A DNA stretch of 63,877 bases, the filler included. It is 7 parts of 7 records of this genome, joined end to end, with 100 filler letters (N's around TTAATTAATTAA, not from the genome) between each part and the next. Parts side by side here need not be neighbours in the genome. Positions count along the whole stretch, not along the records: positions 1 to 12,657 come from SRR20825019_1209; positions 12,758 to 19,666 come from SRR20825019_1210; 5 more parts are not named here. One strand, written 5' to 3'. Positions 9,502 through 19,766 of this stretch are shown piece after piece. Position 1 is the first letter of the stretch. Each line of letters opens with the position of its first letter. Under the pieces are notes generated by a model. It had not been told where the DNA came from. It worked only from the letters and a program-made list of their open reading frames with translations, and did not search any database. The position numbers were made by a program, and so were the translations under genes.

Positions 9502-10848
9502 TCAGAGGCTTTGCGCGCCCGAGCCGGAAAACGTCCGGTCCGCCAGTTTCGGCAGCATCAGCCGGAAGACGACCGAGCGCACGCCCTGAAACAGCAGCAT
9601 CGCGATCCAGAGGCCGTGATTGCCGAACAGCGGTTGCAGCACCGCCCAGGCGGCGAAATAGCAGGCCAGCGACACCAGCATCAGCGTGCGCATCTCGCGC
9701 GACCATGTCGCGCCGATGAACACGCCGTCCATCTGGAACGCGATGACGCCGATGAGCGGCATGATCGCGGCATAGGGCAGGTAGGTCTTGGCGAGCGCCT
9801 GCGTTTCGGGAATCGGCGCGATCAGGGCCACGACGGCGGGGCCGGTCAGGAAGAAGACTGCCGATACCAGCAGCGCCATCACGAGGCCCCAGATCGTGGT
9901 GAGCTTGATGACGCGATCGAAGGCCGGGCGGTAGAACGCGCCGACCGCGCGGCCGGCGAGTTGTTCGGCCGCGGTCGCAAAGCCGTCGAGAAAGGCGACG
10001 CCGAAGAAGTAATAGCGCAGCAGCACGGTATTGGCGGCCAGGATTTCGGTGCCCAGCACGCCCGACTGGCGGGTGAAGAAGGATAGGCCGATCAGTAGCG
10101 CGAACGAGCGGATCATCATGTCGCGGTTGACCGAGAACATGCGTTTCACGGTCGAAAGATCGGGCCATTCCCAAAGCCTCCGGTCGGTGCGCCGCAAGAT
10201 GAGGACCGCACCGATCGCAGCCGTCAGCCCTTCCGCGATCAGACTGGCGGCGCCAGCTCCGGCGAGCCCGAAACCGAGCCACAACACGCCGGCGAAAGCC
10301 AGAAACAGATTGAGGCCGTTCAGCACCACCTGCAGCAGCAGCGCCGTCACCGCTTCGCCCCGGCCGATCACCCAGCCGAACACCACGAAATTGAACAGCG
10401 CGAACGGCGCCGACCACACCCGCCACATGTAATAGGTCCATGCCGCCTCGCCGACAGCGCCGTCGGCATCGAGGGCTGCCAGTCCCAGACGCCCGATCGG
10501 CACATGAAGAAGCAGGATGAGAAGCCCAGCAGCCAGCGCGATAACGATGCCGCCAAGCAGCATGCGCTGCTCGAGCCGGCGATCGCCGGCGCCGACGGCC
10601 TGCGCGGTAAAGCCCGTGGTCGCGCCGCGCAGAAAATTGAAGGTGACGAACAGGACATCGAAGATCACGGCGGCAAGCGCCACGCCGCCGATCAGCACCT
10701 GATCGCGCAACTGGCCGACAACGCCGGTCGCGGCGAGACTGACCAGCGGCGTCGAAAAATGAGCGATCATCATCGGCAGCGCGATCGTGAAAACCTGCCG
10801 GTGCGTGACCTGAAAGGGGCGCGAAACCCGACCGGCGGTATTCTCCAC
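9502..10848 (-). CDS. MATE family efflux transporter (DinF-like)
   Basis: 12-TM protein with FNFLRGATTGFTAQAVG, FLDGFATAAE and DGVFIGAT. Confidence 0.92.
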   Translation of the reverse strand: MENTAGRVSRPFQVTHRQVFTIALPMMIAHFSTPLVSLAATGVVGQLRDQVLIGGVALAAVIFDVLFVTFNFLRGATTGFTAQAVGAGDRRLEQRMLLGGIVIALAAGLLILLLHVPIGRLGLAALDADGAVGEAAWTYYMWRVWSAPFALFNFVVFGWVIGRGEAVTALLLQVVLNGLNLFLAFAGVLWLGFGLAGAGAASLIAEGLTAAIGAVLILRRTDRRLWEWPDLSTVKRMFSVNRDMMIRSFALLIGLSFFTRQSGVLGTEILAANTVLLRYYFFGVAFLDGFATAAEQLAGRAVGAFYRPAFDRVIKLTTIWGLVMALLVSAVFFLTGPAVVALIAPIPETQALAKTYLPYAAIMPLIGVIAFQMDGVFIGATWSREMRTLMLVSLACYFAAWAVLQPLFGNHGLWIAMLLFQGVRSVVFRLMLPKLADRTFSGSGAQSL

Positions 10849-11011
10849 GATGACTGTTCCCTGATATGCGGCCAGCCGTTGACGGCAGGCTGGCCCGGCA
10901 GAAGACGAGAACTTGGATTAGAGCGTGGATCTCCCGGTCGTCAAGGTTGTAAGCCGATGGTTACGATAGCCCGAAACATTTCGACAAAATCCCGGTCCGG
11001 CCGCGAGCCGG

Positions 11012-11617
11012 TCAGAGTGACGACAGGACGCTGGTGACGCCCCAAATCACCACCGCCAGCGGCACCAGCGCCAGCAGGGCGAAGATGCCGTCGCGGGTCA
11101 GGATCGAGAACGCGATCAGCGTGACGGCGACGCCGATGAGGGATGACGAAAACGGTATGAATTCCATCAACGGCATCATTGCGCCGAAGAGCACGCAGGA
11201 AAGCGGCAGCAGCCAAAGGAACGGAGGTTTGAACAGAAAGGTGAGCCGTTCGCGCGCGGCCCTGTCGATGAAGCGCGCCAGAGGCAGGAGCTTCTGCATG
11301 GCGGGATGCAGCTTCTCGCTGTTTACCTGCCTGTTGCGGATCCAGCGGGGGAGCCATATCTGGCTGTGACCGACGAGTTGCTGGGCGGCGATCATCATGA
11401 TGATCAAGCCGCATACCGTCGAAAGACCGGGCACCCCGCTCAGCGGCGTGATCAGCACCAGCGCCGGCAGGATCAGAAGCGGCACGAACGAGGCATGGCC
11501 GAAGGAGGACATGAGATGGTCCACCGAAATATGGCCGTCCCCGGCTTCTTCCATGGTTTGTTCAACGATCTCCGTCAGCGAGTGGAACTCGCGTTCGGAC
11601 GAGGCGGCGGGTGACAA
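11012..11617 (-). CDS. exoD: Exopolysaccharide biosynthesis protein ExoD family
   Basis: TPLSGVPGLS, IWLPRW, MPLMEFIPF, TRDG. TTG start at 11617 follows a GGAG RBS. Confidence 0.8.
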   Translation of the reverse strand: MSPAASSEREFHSLTEIVEQTMEEAGDGHISVDHLMSSFGHASFVPLLILPALVLITPLSGVPGLSTVCGLIIMMIAAQQLVGHSQIWLPRWIRNRQVNSEKLHPAMQKLLPLARFIDRAARERLTFLFKPPFLWLLPLSCVLFGAMMPLMEFIPFSSSLIGVAVTLIAFSILTRDGIFALLALVPLAVVIWGVTSVLSSL

Positions 11618-11754
11618 GCAAGGCTCCTGCGAACGTTTGTGCGATGTCAGGCAAACGCCGCAGGCAGCACTTGGTTCCGGCTCGCGGCGATCGGCATTGC
11701 ATTTCTCCGCGCGCTGTGTACCTCTTTCAAGCAACAAGGGAAAGCGAGGAAACT

Positions 11755-12009
11755 ATGTCGGAACATCGTCTGGATCGGTTGGAAGCGCAGATGGCGGCTC
11801 ATCAGGAGGTGTTGATCGCGCTTGCCGCGGCCCTTGCGGAGGGCAAGGATTATTCGGTCTTCCGCCGCGCCCTCGACGGGCTGTTGACGGTCAAGGGCCA
11901 GGAGGAGGATCCGGGCTTCGAGCCGGACGAGGCCTTCGCCTTCCAGTACCGGGTTGCCGACACGATCCGCGCGATCGTCGACGGCGCGGAAGCGCGCGCC
12001 AACCGGTAG
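11755..12009 (+). CDS. Small hypothetical protein (84 aa)
   Basis: GAGGA RBS then MSEHRLDRLEAQ; host-like codon usage. Confidence 0.65.
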   Translation: MSEHRLDRLEAQMAAHQEVLIALAAALAEGKDYSVFRRALDGLLTVKGQEEDPGFEPDEAFAFQYRVADTIRAIVDGAEARANR

Positions 12010-12071
12010 TCGCCCGGAACCAAACGCCGGTCTCCGTCGTTCTCTCAGAAGTTCGACCGGAGATTGATGAC

Positions 12072-12338
12072 ATGGTTGCCGCTAGAAATGTACCCTCCGT
12101 CAAGGATGAGGATACCTACAAGGCGTTGCGGCGCGACGGCGCCTCGAAGGAAAAGGCCGCGCGCATCGCCAATGCAAAGGCCAATGATCGCATGGACCCC
12201 TCCAAAAAGGGCGGCGAGGCGTCCCCCTATGAGGTGTGGACCCGCGATGACCTCTACGGTCGCGCGCGCGAGATCGGGATCGAGGGTCGATCGAAGATGA
12301 GCAAGCAGGACTTGATAAGCGCGCTGAGAAACCACTGA
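12072..12338 (+). CDS. Small protein with Rho-N-terminal-like domain (DUF7218-like)
   Basis: PSVKDEDTYKALRRDGASKEKAARIAN and IEGRSKMSKQDLISALRNH. Confidence 0.8.
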   Translation: MVAARNVPSVKDEDTYKALRRDGASKEKAARIANAKANDRMDPSKKGGEASPYEVWTRDDLYGRAREIGIEGRSKMSKQDLISALRNH

Positions 12339-12344
12339 ACGGGG

Positions 12345-12657
12345 TCAGCGCGCCATGCTGTCAGGCTTTCCCGCGTCTTCGCGATCGAGCAGATCCGCAA
12401 CCATCTTGAATGCGGTGACGATGCTCTGCTGCTCGCCGCCGGTGAAGGTGGCGAAATCGGACGCAAAGCCATCCGCAAAAAGCGACGGCGCTGCCTCAAG
12501 CGTGCGCGATCCCGTTTCCGTCAGTTCGGCCTGCACCGTGCGCCGGTCGTTTGTGGAGCGAAGGCGGGTGATCAAGCCCTTGGCCTCGAGCTTGTCGAGA
12601 ATGGTGACGGTCGTGGCGGGGCTGAGATCGGCCTGCTTCGAGATTGCCGCCGTCGTC
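12345..12657 (-). CDS. MarR family regulator, 5' end truncated by contig end
   Basis: LSPATTVTILDKLEAKGLITRLRSTNDRRTVQAELTETG. Confidence 0.85.
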
Positions 12658-12757
12658 NNNNNNNNNNNNNNNNNNNNNNNNNNNNNNNNNNNNNNNNNNN
12701 NTTAATTAATTAANNNNNNNNNNNNNNNNNNNNNNNNNNNNNNNNNNNNNNNNNNNN
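12658..12757. other. Artificial contig spacer
   Basis: N run, TTAATTAATTAA (stop in all six frames), N run. Confidence 0.99.
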
Positions 12758-14241
12758 CCGGCCTCGGCAAGCAGCGCCTTGGCCTCGGCCTCATCCGGCG
12801 TTGCCGCTGGCAGGGCGACGGGCCTCACTTCCGGCAGGTCGTCGGTCCTCCCGCGCGCCTTTTGGGCTCCAAGCCGCAGGATTGCGTCGAGCGCCCGCAC
12901 GGCGCGGCAGGGATCGCTGAAGACCAGAATGCCCGCGTCGTCATAGCGCTTCAGAACGTCGCGCTCACCAAGGGCGCAAAAGGCGATGATCCGGTCCGGG
13001 AAAGCGGCGCGCAGCGGCGTCATCGCCTCGAGGATCACGTCCGACATGGCGCGACTGCCGGCGACATAGGTCAGAAAACACAGCACCGCGCCATAGCCGC
13101 CATCCTCCAGTCCGATGCGGGTGAACAGTTCCAGCAGCGAGGGGTCGTTCAGCGCCTGCGCGGTACAGTCGAGCGGGTTGACCGGTGAGGCATAGGGCAG
13201 TGCGGTCTTGAGCGCCGCCTGCGCCGCAGCAGGCATGGCGGGCATTGGCAGGCCGACGCGCTCCGCCTCGTCGCTGGCGACGATGCCCGCGCCGCCGCTG
13301 ACCGTGACGATTCCGAGCGAATGCCGGACGGGGAACACCTTCTTCGAGGCCGCGTAGGCGATGTCCATCATCGTCTCGGGATCGCGGAGGATGATCGCGC
13401 CGTGATCGGAAAGCACAGCATCCGCGACCACCGCATCGCCGGTCAGCGAGGCGGTGTGCGAGGCTGCCGCGCGCGCGCCCACGGCCGAGCGTCCGGATTT
13501 CAGCGCCAGCACCGGCTTGCCCGCTGCCCGCGCCGCGTCGAGCGCAGCAAGCAGGGCCGGCGCGTCGTTGATTGCCTCCATATAGGTGCAGATTACGTCT
13601 GTCCCGTCGCTCTCGACCATCCAGCGGATCGCATCGGCGACGGTGATGTCGGCCTCGTTGCCGGTGGTGATGAGCACCGAGCAGCCCAGCTCCCGATCCC
13701 GGGCCAACGCGCCGAGATGCGCGCCGAAAGCGCCCGACTGGCTGGCAATGCCGATATTGCCCGGGCGCGGCATGCCGGTGTCGAGCGAGGAGGAAAACGT
13801 GCCGTAATAGCCGATGTCGGCATTGTAGACGCCGAGCGTATTCGGCCCGAGAATGCGCATGCCATGGCGGCGCGCAAGGCCGACAAGTTCGCGTTGCGCG
13901 ATCTCGCCTTCTTCTCCGACTTCGGCAAAGCCCGCGGAGAACAGCGTCGCCGCCTTGCAGCCGCGCCGGCCGAGCGCCCCGATGGTCTCCGGCACCAGCT
14001 TGGCGGGCACCGCGATCAGCGCGGCGTCCGGCGTTTCGGGCAGATCGTCAACGCTCGCGTAGCAGGCAAGGCCCTGCACCGTGTCACGCTTCGGATTGAC
14101 CGGCAGGATGCGGCCCTGATAGCCCCCCTTGAGCATGGCCGCGATCGGCCGGCCGCCGATCCGGGTGACATCATCCGACGCTCCGATCACCGCCACCGAA
14201 CGCGGGGCGACAAGGCCGTCAATGTGGGAAAGACTGCTCAC
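12758..14241 (-). CDS. ADP-forming acyl-CoA synthetase (acetate--CoA ligase family), 3' truncated
   Basis: PRSVAVIGAS, LGPNTLG, SQSGA, SHTASLTG (phospho-His), NPLD. Confidence 0.92.
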
Positions 14242-15392
14242 AGCGCGGCCTCCGATCCGAGGATTGCGGTAACCTGGCTCGACAGAGTGCCGCCATTGCC
14301 GTGGCAGAGGGCAAGGTTGCAGTCGTTAATCTGACGCTCTCCCGCATCGCCGCGGATTTGCGCCACGGCCTCCGCGATCAGGAACAGCCCGTACATTCCC
14401 GGATGAACGCAGGACAGGCCGCCGCCATTGGTGTTGACCGCCAGTTCGCCGCCGGGCGCGATCCGACCGTCCTCGACGAAACGCCCGCCTTCGCCCTTGG
14501 GGCAGAAGCCGAGATCCTCGAGGAAGAGCAGCGTGTTGATCGTGAAGGCGTCGTAGAGCATCACCAGATCGATATCCGACTGGCGCACCCCCGCCATTTG
14601 CATCGCGCGCGGTCCGCTCTCAGCCGCGGCGGTGGCCGTCAGGTCGGGCATCGCCACGATCGAACGGTGATAATTGGCGCCGGCCGCGCCGAGAAAATAG
14701 ACCGGCTTGCCCGGCAGATCCCTGGCGCGCTCGGCGCGCACAAGAACGCAGGCGGCGGCGCCGTCGGTAACCAGACAGCAATCTGCCTTGGTCAGCGGGT
14801 CCGAGATCATCCGCGCCGACAGGACCTCGTCCTTGCTGAGCGGTCCCCGGGCGAAGGCGTCGGGATTGAGGTTGGCCCAGCCCCGCGCCGCCAGCGCAAC
14901 GTCGGCGAGTTGTTCGCGCGTGGTGCCGTACATGGCCATGTGCCGGCTCGTCGCCAGCGCATAGGCGGTGATCGGATGACGCGGCCTGTAGGGCGTTTCG
15001 TGCCATTGCGGTTCGCTCATAGAGACCAGACGACCGCCCGCGGTCCGCTGGTTCGAACCGTAACAGACCAGCGCCGCGTCACAGAGCCCTGCTTCAAGCG
15101 CCAGCGTCGCCTGCAACAAATGCATCTCGAAACTCGAACCGCCGACATTGGTGCCGTCGAAGAATGTCGGCCTCAGTCCGAGATATTCCACCACGCTCAT
15201 GGTCGGAAAGGCATGGCTGCTGGTCGCGGCGAAAACGGCGTCGATGTCCTGCATCCTCAACCCGGCGTCGGCCACCGCCGCCACCGCCGCTTTCCCGAGA
15301 AGCTCCATTGCCGAAAAACCGTGCGCTTCGCCGATGCCTGCCGTTGCCATGCCAACGATCGCGGTCTTGCCCCTGAGGGTCCGCTCGCTCAT
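14238..15392 (-). CDS. Thiolase-fold protein of SCP-x/Ltp2 type, lacking the nucleophilic Cys
   Basis: VGGSSF at the usual Cys position; DCCLVTDGAAA, LYDAFT, NTNGGGLS. Confidence 0.88.
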   Translation of the reverse strand: MSERTLRGKTAIVGMATAGIGEAHGFSAMELLGKAAVAAVADAGLRMQDIDAVFAATSSHAFPTMSVVEYLGLRPTFFDGTNVGGSSFEMHLLQATLALEAGLCDAALVCYGSNQRTAGGRLVSMSEPQWHETPYRPRHPITAYALATSRHMAMYGTTREQLADVALAARGWANLNPDAFARGPLSKDEVLSARMISDPLTKADCCLVTDGAAACVLVRAERARDLPGKPVYFLGAAGANYHRSIVAMPDLTATAAAESGPRAMQMAGVRQSDIDLVMLYDAFTINTLLFLEDLGFCPKGEGGRFVEDGRIAPGGELAVNTNGGGLSCVHPGMYGLFLIAEAVAQIRGDAGERQINDCNLALCHGNGGTLSSQVTAILGSEAAL

Positions 15393-15769
15393 TGCCCGTC
15401 CTCCCCGATCAGATCGAAGACCACGCGCGGGCCGTCTCCGGTGGTTTCAATGCGCGCCTTGACGCGGGCGCCGATCGCGGCGGTTTCCACCATCGGCAAG
15501 GTGGACATCATGCGCACCCCTTCATCCAGCTCCACCAGTGCTACGTTCCACGCTTCACCGCGCCCACGGTTCACGGTGATTGCGTAAACCGAGCCGGTGC
15601 CCTTCGCCTCCACCCAAGCAAGGTCGGTTGCGCCCGAGGGCGCGACCACGCGCGGCCAGAACACATATTCGCCGGTGCTTTCCGCCCTCTGGATCATGAA
15701 CCGTCCTGCGGCGAGATAGGCCTCATAGGCGGCCTGCGGCCCGAGCGCGCCTGTCTCTATATCCTTCAT
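15389..15769 (-). CDS. DUF35 OB-fold protein, partner of the thiolase-fold enzyme
   Basis: W..AKGTGSVYAITV, ALVELDEGVRMMS, IGARV. Confidence 0.88.
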   Translation of the reverse strand: MKDIETGALGPQAAYEAYLAAGRFMIQRAESTGEYVFWPRVVAPSGATDLAWVEAKGTGSVYAITVNRGRGEAWNVALVELDEGVRMMSTLPMVETAAIGARVKARIETTGDGPRVVFDLIGEDGQ

Positions 15770-15789
15770 TTCTCTTCCTCTTTTGGGCT

Positions 15790-16212
15790 TTAGCCGTCAC
15801 TCCTGCCAACGAACAGGTGGGTCTGGGTTGCCACGCCGACGACATTTCCGTCGCCGCGCGTCATGGTGACCTGCAGCACGGCTGTTGTACGGCCCACATG
15901 AACCGGCTCGCAGCGCGCTGTCAGCCGATCGCCAAGCTTCACCGGGCGGATGAAGTTGGTCTTGGCCTCAATGGTGCTGTTGGAAATGCCGGCCGGGCTG
16001 CCGATAAAGGCTGCGGAACCTGCCGCTGTATCCGCCAGCGTCATCAGCGCGCCGCCATGCAACATGCCGTTGCGGTTCAGCATGTCCTCGGTCACCGTCA
16101 TCGTGCAGACCACCTCTTGCGGCGTGCAGGTGACGATATCGATTCCCATCAGACGCGAGAATTTCGACCGGGGCGGCATCTCGGCGAGGCTGCGGGGACC
16201 TTCCGACGCCAT
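15790..16212 (-). CDS. PaaI family hotdog thioesterase
   Basis: NRNGMLHGGALMTLAD, TIEAKTNFIRP. Confidence 0.92.
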   Translation of the reverse strand: MASEGPRSLAEMPPRSKFSRLMGIDIVTCTPQEVVCTMTVTEDMLNRNGMLHGGALMTLADTAAGSAAFIGSPAGISNSTIEAKTNFIRPVKLGDRLTARCEPVHVGRTTAVLQVTMTRGDGNVVGVATQTHLFVGRSDG

Positions 16213-16215
16213 CGC

Positions 16216-17382
16216 TCAGGCGGCCCGTTGCGCGAGCGTCCGCCGCGCGATGACGAGCTGCTGGATCTGGCTCGTGCCCTCATAGATGCGTAGCAGACGG
16301 ATATCGCGGTAGAGCCGCTCGATATCGTATTCGGCCATATAGCCCGCGCCGCCGTGGATCTGCAGCGCGCGGTCGGCGATGCGTCCCGCAGCCTCGGTAC
16401 AGAAATACTTGGTGCAAGAGGCCTCGAGTATCGCCTTGCCCTCGCGATCAAAGGTATCGGCGGTTGCCCGGACAAGCGCGCGGGCTGCGTGCAGATCGGC
16501 CTGGCAGTCCGCCAGCATGCCCTGCACCAGCTGGTGCTCGCCGATCGGCTTGCCGAACTGCTTGCGTTCAAGCGCGTAATCGGTGGCGATGTCGAGCATG
16601 CGCTGACCCTGGCCCACCGCCATCGCGCCGACATGGATGCGGCCGCGGTCGAGCACTTTCATCGCGGTGCGGAAGCCTTGGTTGATCCGGTCCGGGCCGC
16701 CGAGGATGGCGCTTTCCGGCATGCGCACATTGTCGAAGATGACGTCGGAGGTCTTGGTGCCGCGCTGGCCGAGCTTGCGGTCGGGCCTGGCGACGGTGAT
16801 GCCGGGCGTGTCCGCCGGCACGATGAAGGCCGAGACGCCGTCCGCGCCGCTCTTTTCTGGGTTGGTGCGGGCAAACACCGTGAAGACGCCGGCGCGTACC
16901 GCGTTGGTTATGTAGCGCTTGGTGCCGTTGATCACGAAATCGCTGCCGTCGCGGCGCGCGGCGGTGCGGATGCCGCCTGCGTCCGAGCCGTTATCCGGCT
17001 CGGTGAGCGCGAAGGAGGCGATAATGTCACCGCTGGCAATGCCGGGCAGCCACTCTTCCTTCTGCGCCGGCGTACCGTCCATCACGATGCCTTGCGAGCC
17101 GATGCCTACATTGGTTCCGATCAAAGAGCGGAAGGTTAGAGAGGCATAGCAGAGCGCCTCGATCAGACGGGCTTCCTGCGGCACATTGATGCCGATCCCG
17201 CCAAACTCCTCGGGCGTCGAAAGCCCGAAAAGCCCCATTTCCTTCATCTCCGAAACGATCTCTTCGGGGATGGCGTCTTCCTCCTCGACGCGACGCTCGG
17301 CAGGGATCAGCCGCTCGCGGGCGAACCTCTCCACACTGGCCATAAGCTGTTCAAATACATCGCTATCCACGCCTGCCGGCAT
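16216..17382 (-). CDS. Acyl-CoA dehydrogenase
   Basis: Start MPAGVD at 17382 after a GAGGAG RBS; FALTEPDNGSDA, QIHGGAGY, RIYEGTSQIQ. Confidence 0.95.
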   Translation of the reverse strand: MPAGVDSDVFEQLMASVERFARERLIPAERRVEEEDAIPEEIVSEMKEMGLFGLSTPEEFGGIGINVPQEARLIEALCYASLTFRSLIGTNVGIGSQGIVMDGTPAQKEEWLPGIASGDIIASFALTEPDNGSDAGGIRTAARRDGSDFVINGTKRYITNAVRAGVFTVFARTNPEKSGADGVSAFIVPADTPGITVARPDRKLGQRGTKTSDVIFDNVRMPESAILGGPDRINQGFRTAMKVLDRGRIHVGAMAVGQGQRMLDIATDYALERKQFGKPIGEHQLVQGMLADCQADLHAARALVRATADTFDREGKAILEASCTKYFCTEAAGRIADRALQIHGGAGYMAEYDIERLYRDIRLLRIYEGTSQIQQLVIARRTLAQRAA

Positions 17383-17430
17383 CGTTCGCTCCTCCCTCGA
17401 CGCAATTCCGTTCCGGCCTTGATCTAACAA

Positions 17431-17470
17431 ATTTATTCTGTATAGTAAATGCCATTCTGTATGAGGAATT
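17431..17470. promoter_or_regulatory. Putative IclR operator: two ATTCTGTAT boxes in the divergent promoter
   Basis: ATTCTGTAT at 17435 and 17454; the second extends to the imperfect palindrome ATTC-N8-GAAT. AT-rich island between divergent genes. Confidence 0.5.
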
Positions 17471-17472
17471 AA

Positions 17473-18249
17473 ATGATCGACGAATCCGGACCGAAACTTG
17501 TGCCCGCCGTGCAAAATGCGATGAGCATCATGCGGTTGCTCGCCGCGCAGGGCCGCCCGATGGGCGCGACCATGATCGCGCGCGAAACCGGGCTGAACGT
17601 GTCGTCCGCTTTCAACATCCTCAGAACATTGAGCCACGAAGGGCTGGTGAGCTTTGATCCGGAGGCCAAGACCTACCGCATGGGCATGGGGCTGATGGAA
17701 TTTGCGGTTCCCCTTCTGGGCGCCAATCCCACCGACGTGATCCGTCCGACGCTGGCTGCGATCGCGCAGGAAAATCAGACCATGATTGCGCTCTGGCAGA
17801 TCACCCCGAGCGAGCGCATCGTTCTGACCGACCGGTTCACCGCGCCCAATATCCTGCATGCGGTGCTGGCCCAGAACAGCCGCCTGCCAGTGTTTTCCGG
17901 CGCGATCGGCCGCTGCTATGCGGCAACCAGAGGACTGACCGAGGCCGAGACCCGCAAAGGCTTCGGCACTGTCCGCTGGCAGGACGCCCCGCGTTTTGAA
18001 AGTTACTGGGACGATGTTCTCAAGGCCCGCGAAACGAAAGCCGCCTTCGACCGGGGTCATCTGTTTCGCGGCCTTGATATCGTGGCCTCGATCGCGCGTG
18101 ACGCCGAGGGCGTGCCCCGGCTGGGCATGAGCAGTATCACCATTGCCGGACAGCAGACCGAGGACAGCCTCGATGCCATTGCCATTGCGCTGGCCAGGGC
18201 CGCGGCGCAGATCGAGCGCTGCCTGTTCGGTCGTCCCGCTGGGGAATGA
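17473..18249 (+). CDS. IclR family transcriptional regulator
   Basis: VPAVQNAMSIM, IARETGLNVSSAFNILRTL, GAIGR. Confidence 0.92.
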   Translation: MIDESGPKLVPAVQNAMSIMRLLAAQGRPMGATMIARETGLNVSSAFNILRTLSHEGLVSFDPEAKTYRMGMGLMEFAVPLLGANPTDVIRPTLAAIAQENQTMIALWQITPSERIVLTDRFTAPNILHAVLAQNSRLPVFSGAIGRCYAATRGLTEAETRKGFGTVRWQDAPRFESYWDDVLKARETKAAFDRGHLFRGLDIVASIARDAEGVPRLGMSSITIAGQQTEDSLDAIAIALARAAAQIERCLFGRPAGE

Positions 18250-18279
18250 CAGAGATTTTCAGGACAATACGGAGGAGAC

Positions 18280-19200
18280 ATGTCTGAAATGAAGCCACTT
18301 GATGGGAAGGTCATGCTTGTGACCGGCGCTGGCGGCGGCATCGGCCGCGCCATCGCGATGGAGGCGGCGAAAGCCGGCGCGGCGGTGGTCGTCAACGACA
18401 TCGGCGCATCGCTTGACGGCCAGCGCGAGTCGAGCGCCGCCGCTCAGGAGACCGTGGCCGAGATCCAAAAGGCGGGCGGCCGCGCCGTCGCAAACGGCGA
18501 CGACGTTACCGATCCCGCCGGCGCCCAGGCGATGGTGAAGCAGGCGACCGACGTCTTCGGCCGGCTCGACGCGGTGGTGAACAATGCGGGCATCCTGCGC
18601 GACTGCTTCTTCCACAAAATGACCTACGAGAACTTCGACGCCGTGGTTAAGGTGCATCTTTACGGCACCTTCAACGTCAGCCGCGCGGCCGTCGACGTGA
18701 TGCGCGAGCAGGGATCGGGCAGCCTGATCCACATGACCTCGACTTCCGGGCTGATCGGCAACCTGGCACAGGCCAACTACTCGGCCGCCAAGCTCGGGAT
18801 CGCCGCGCTGTCGAAATCGCTGGCGCTGGACCTGAAACGCTGGAACATCCGTTCCAACTGCATCGCGCCGTTTGCCTGGAGCCGGATGACCTCGTCGATC
18901 AAGGTCGACAGCCCCGAGCAGGAAGAGCGGGTGAACCGCATGAAGGAGATGTCGCCGGAGAAGATCGCCCCCGTCGCGCTCTATCTCGCCTCGGAAGGCG
19001 CAGCCGACACGACCGGCCAGATCTTCGCCGTCAGAAACAACGAGATCTTCATCATCTCGCAGCCGCGCCCGGTCCGCTCGGTGCAGCGCAGCGACGGCTG
19101 GTCGCTCGAAAGCGTCGCAAACCATGCCATCCCCGCGCTCAAGGCCAGCTACGTGCCGCTCGACGTGTCGGCCGATGTGTTCTGCTGGGATCCGGTCTGA
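18280..19200 (+). CDS. SDR oxidoreductase (3-hydroxyacyl-CoA dehydrogenase, MFE-2-like)
   Basis: TGAGGGIG, VVVND, NNAGILRD, NYSAAK. Confidence 0.93.
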   Translation: MSEMKPLDGKVMLVTGAGGGIGRAIAMEAAKAGAAVVVNDIGASLDGQRESSAAAQETVAEIQKAGGRAVANGDDVTDPAGAQAMVKQATDVFGRLDAVVNNAGILRDCFFHKMTYENFDAVVKVHLYGTFNVSRAAVDVMREQGSGSLIHMTSTSGLIGNLAQANYSAAKLGIAALSKSLALDLKRWNIRSNCIAPFAWSRMTSSIKVDSPEQEERVNRMKEMSPEKIAPVALYLASEGAADTTGQIFAVRNNEIFIISQPRPVRSVQRSDGWSLESVANHAIPALKASYVPLDVSADVFCWDPV

Positions 19201-19224
19201 ACCGGGTAAAACTGTTTCTCCCGG

Positions 19225-19260
19225 AAAGGCGGCGCGGTTACGATCGGGCCGCCTTTTTTT
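19225..19260 (+). terminator. Rho-independent terminator
   Basis: AAAGGCGGC...GCCGCC followed by a T-run just after the SDR stop. Confidence 0.75.
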
Positions 19261-19399
19261 CGTGGCCGCTTCCAGGCGTCGAACCATGCCATTTTGGCAT
19301 GTTAGAAAGTCCATTCAGATATTTGATTTATGTTGCGGCCGACTCGATGATGGGGAAAGCGCCTAAAGGCGAGCGTCCCGAGCATTTGGAGGAGCACAG

Positions 19400-19666
19400 G
19401 TGTACGATCAGATCAGCGACGACTATCAGGACATTCGCGACGCGGTGCGCGCGCTCTGCGCCGAATTCCCCGACGAATATCATCGCAAGATCGACGAGGC
19501 CCGTAGCTACCCTGAAGCGTTTGTGGATGCACTGACCAAGGCCGGATGGATGGCAGCGCTCATCCCGGAACAATACGGCGGATCGGGGCTCGGGCTCGCC
19601 GAAGCCGCCATAATCATGGAAGAGATCAACCGCGCAGGCGGCAATTCCGGCGCATGCCACGGGCAG
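19400..19666 (+). CDS. Acyl-CoA dehydrogenase, N-terminal fragment (contig end)
   Basis: GGAG RBS, GTG start, YPEAFVDALTKAGWMAALIPEQYGGSGLG. Confidence 0.88.
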
Positions 19667-19766
19667 NNNNNNNNNNNNNNNNNNNNNNNNNNNNNNNNNN
19701 NNNNNNNNNNTTAATTAATTAANNNNNNNNNNNNNNNNNNNNNNNNNNNNNNNNNNNNNNNNNNNN
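19667..19766. other. Artificial contig spacer
   Basis: N run, TTAATTAATTAA, N run. Confidence 0.99.

Noticed and set aside
704-19314. Long antisense or alternate-frame ORFs (e.g. 704-1711, 6881-8188, 14301-15587, 18259-19314)
   Set aside because: Shadow ORFs expected opposite real genes in high-GC DNA; no motifs.
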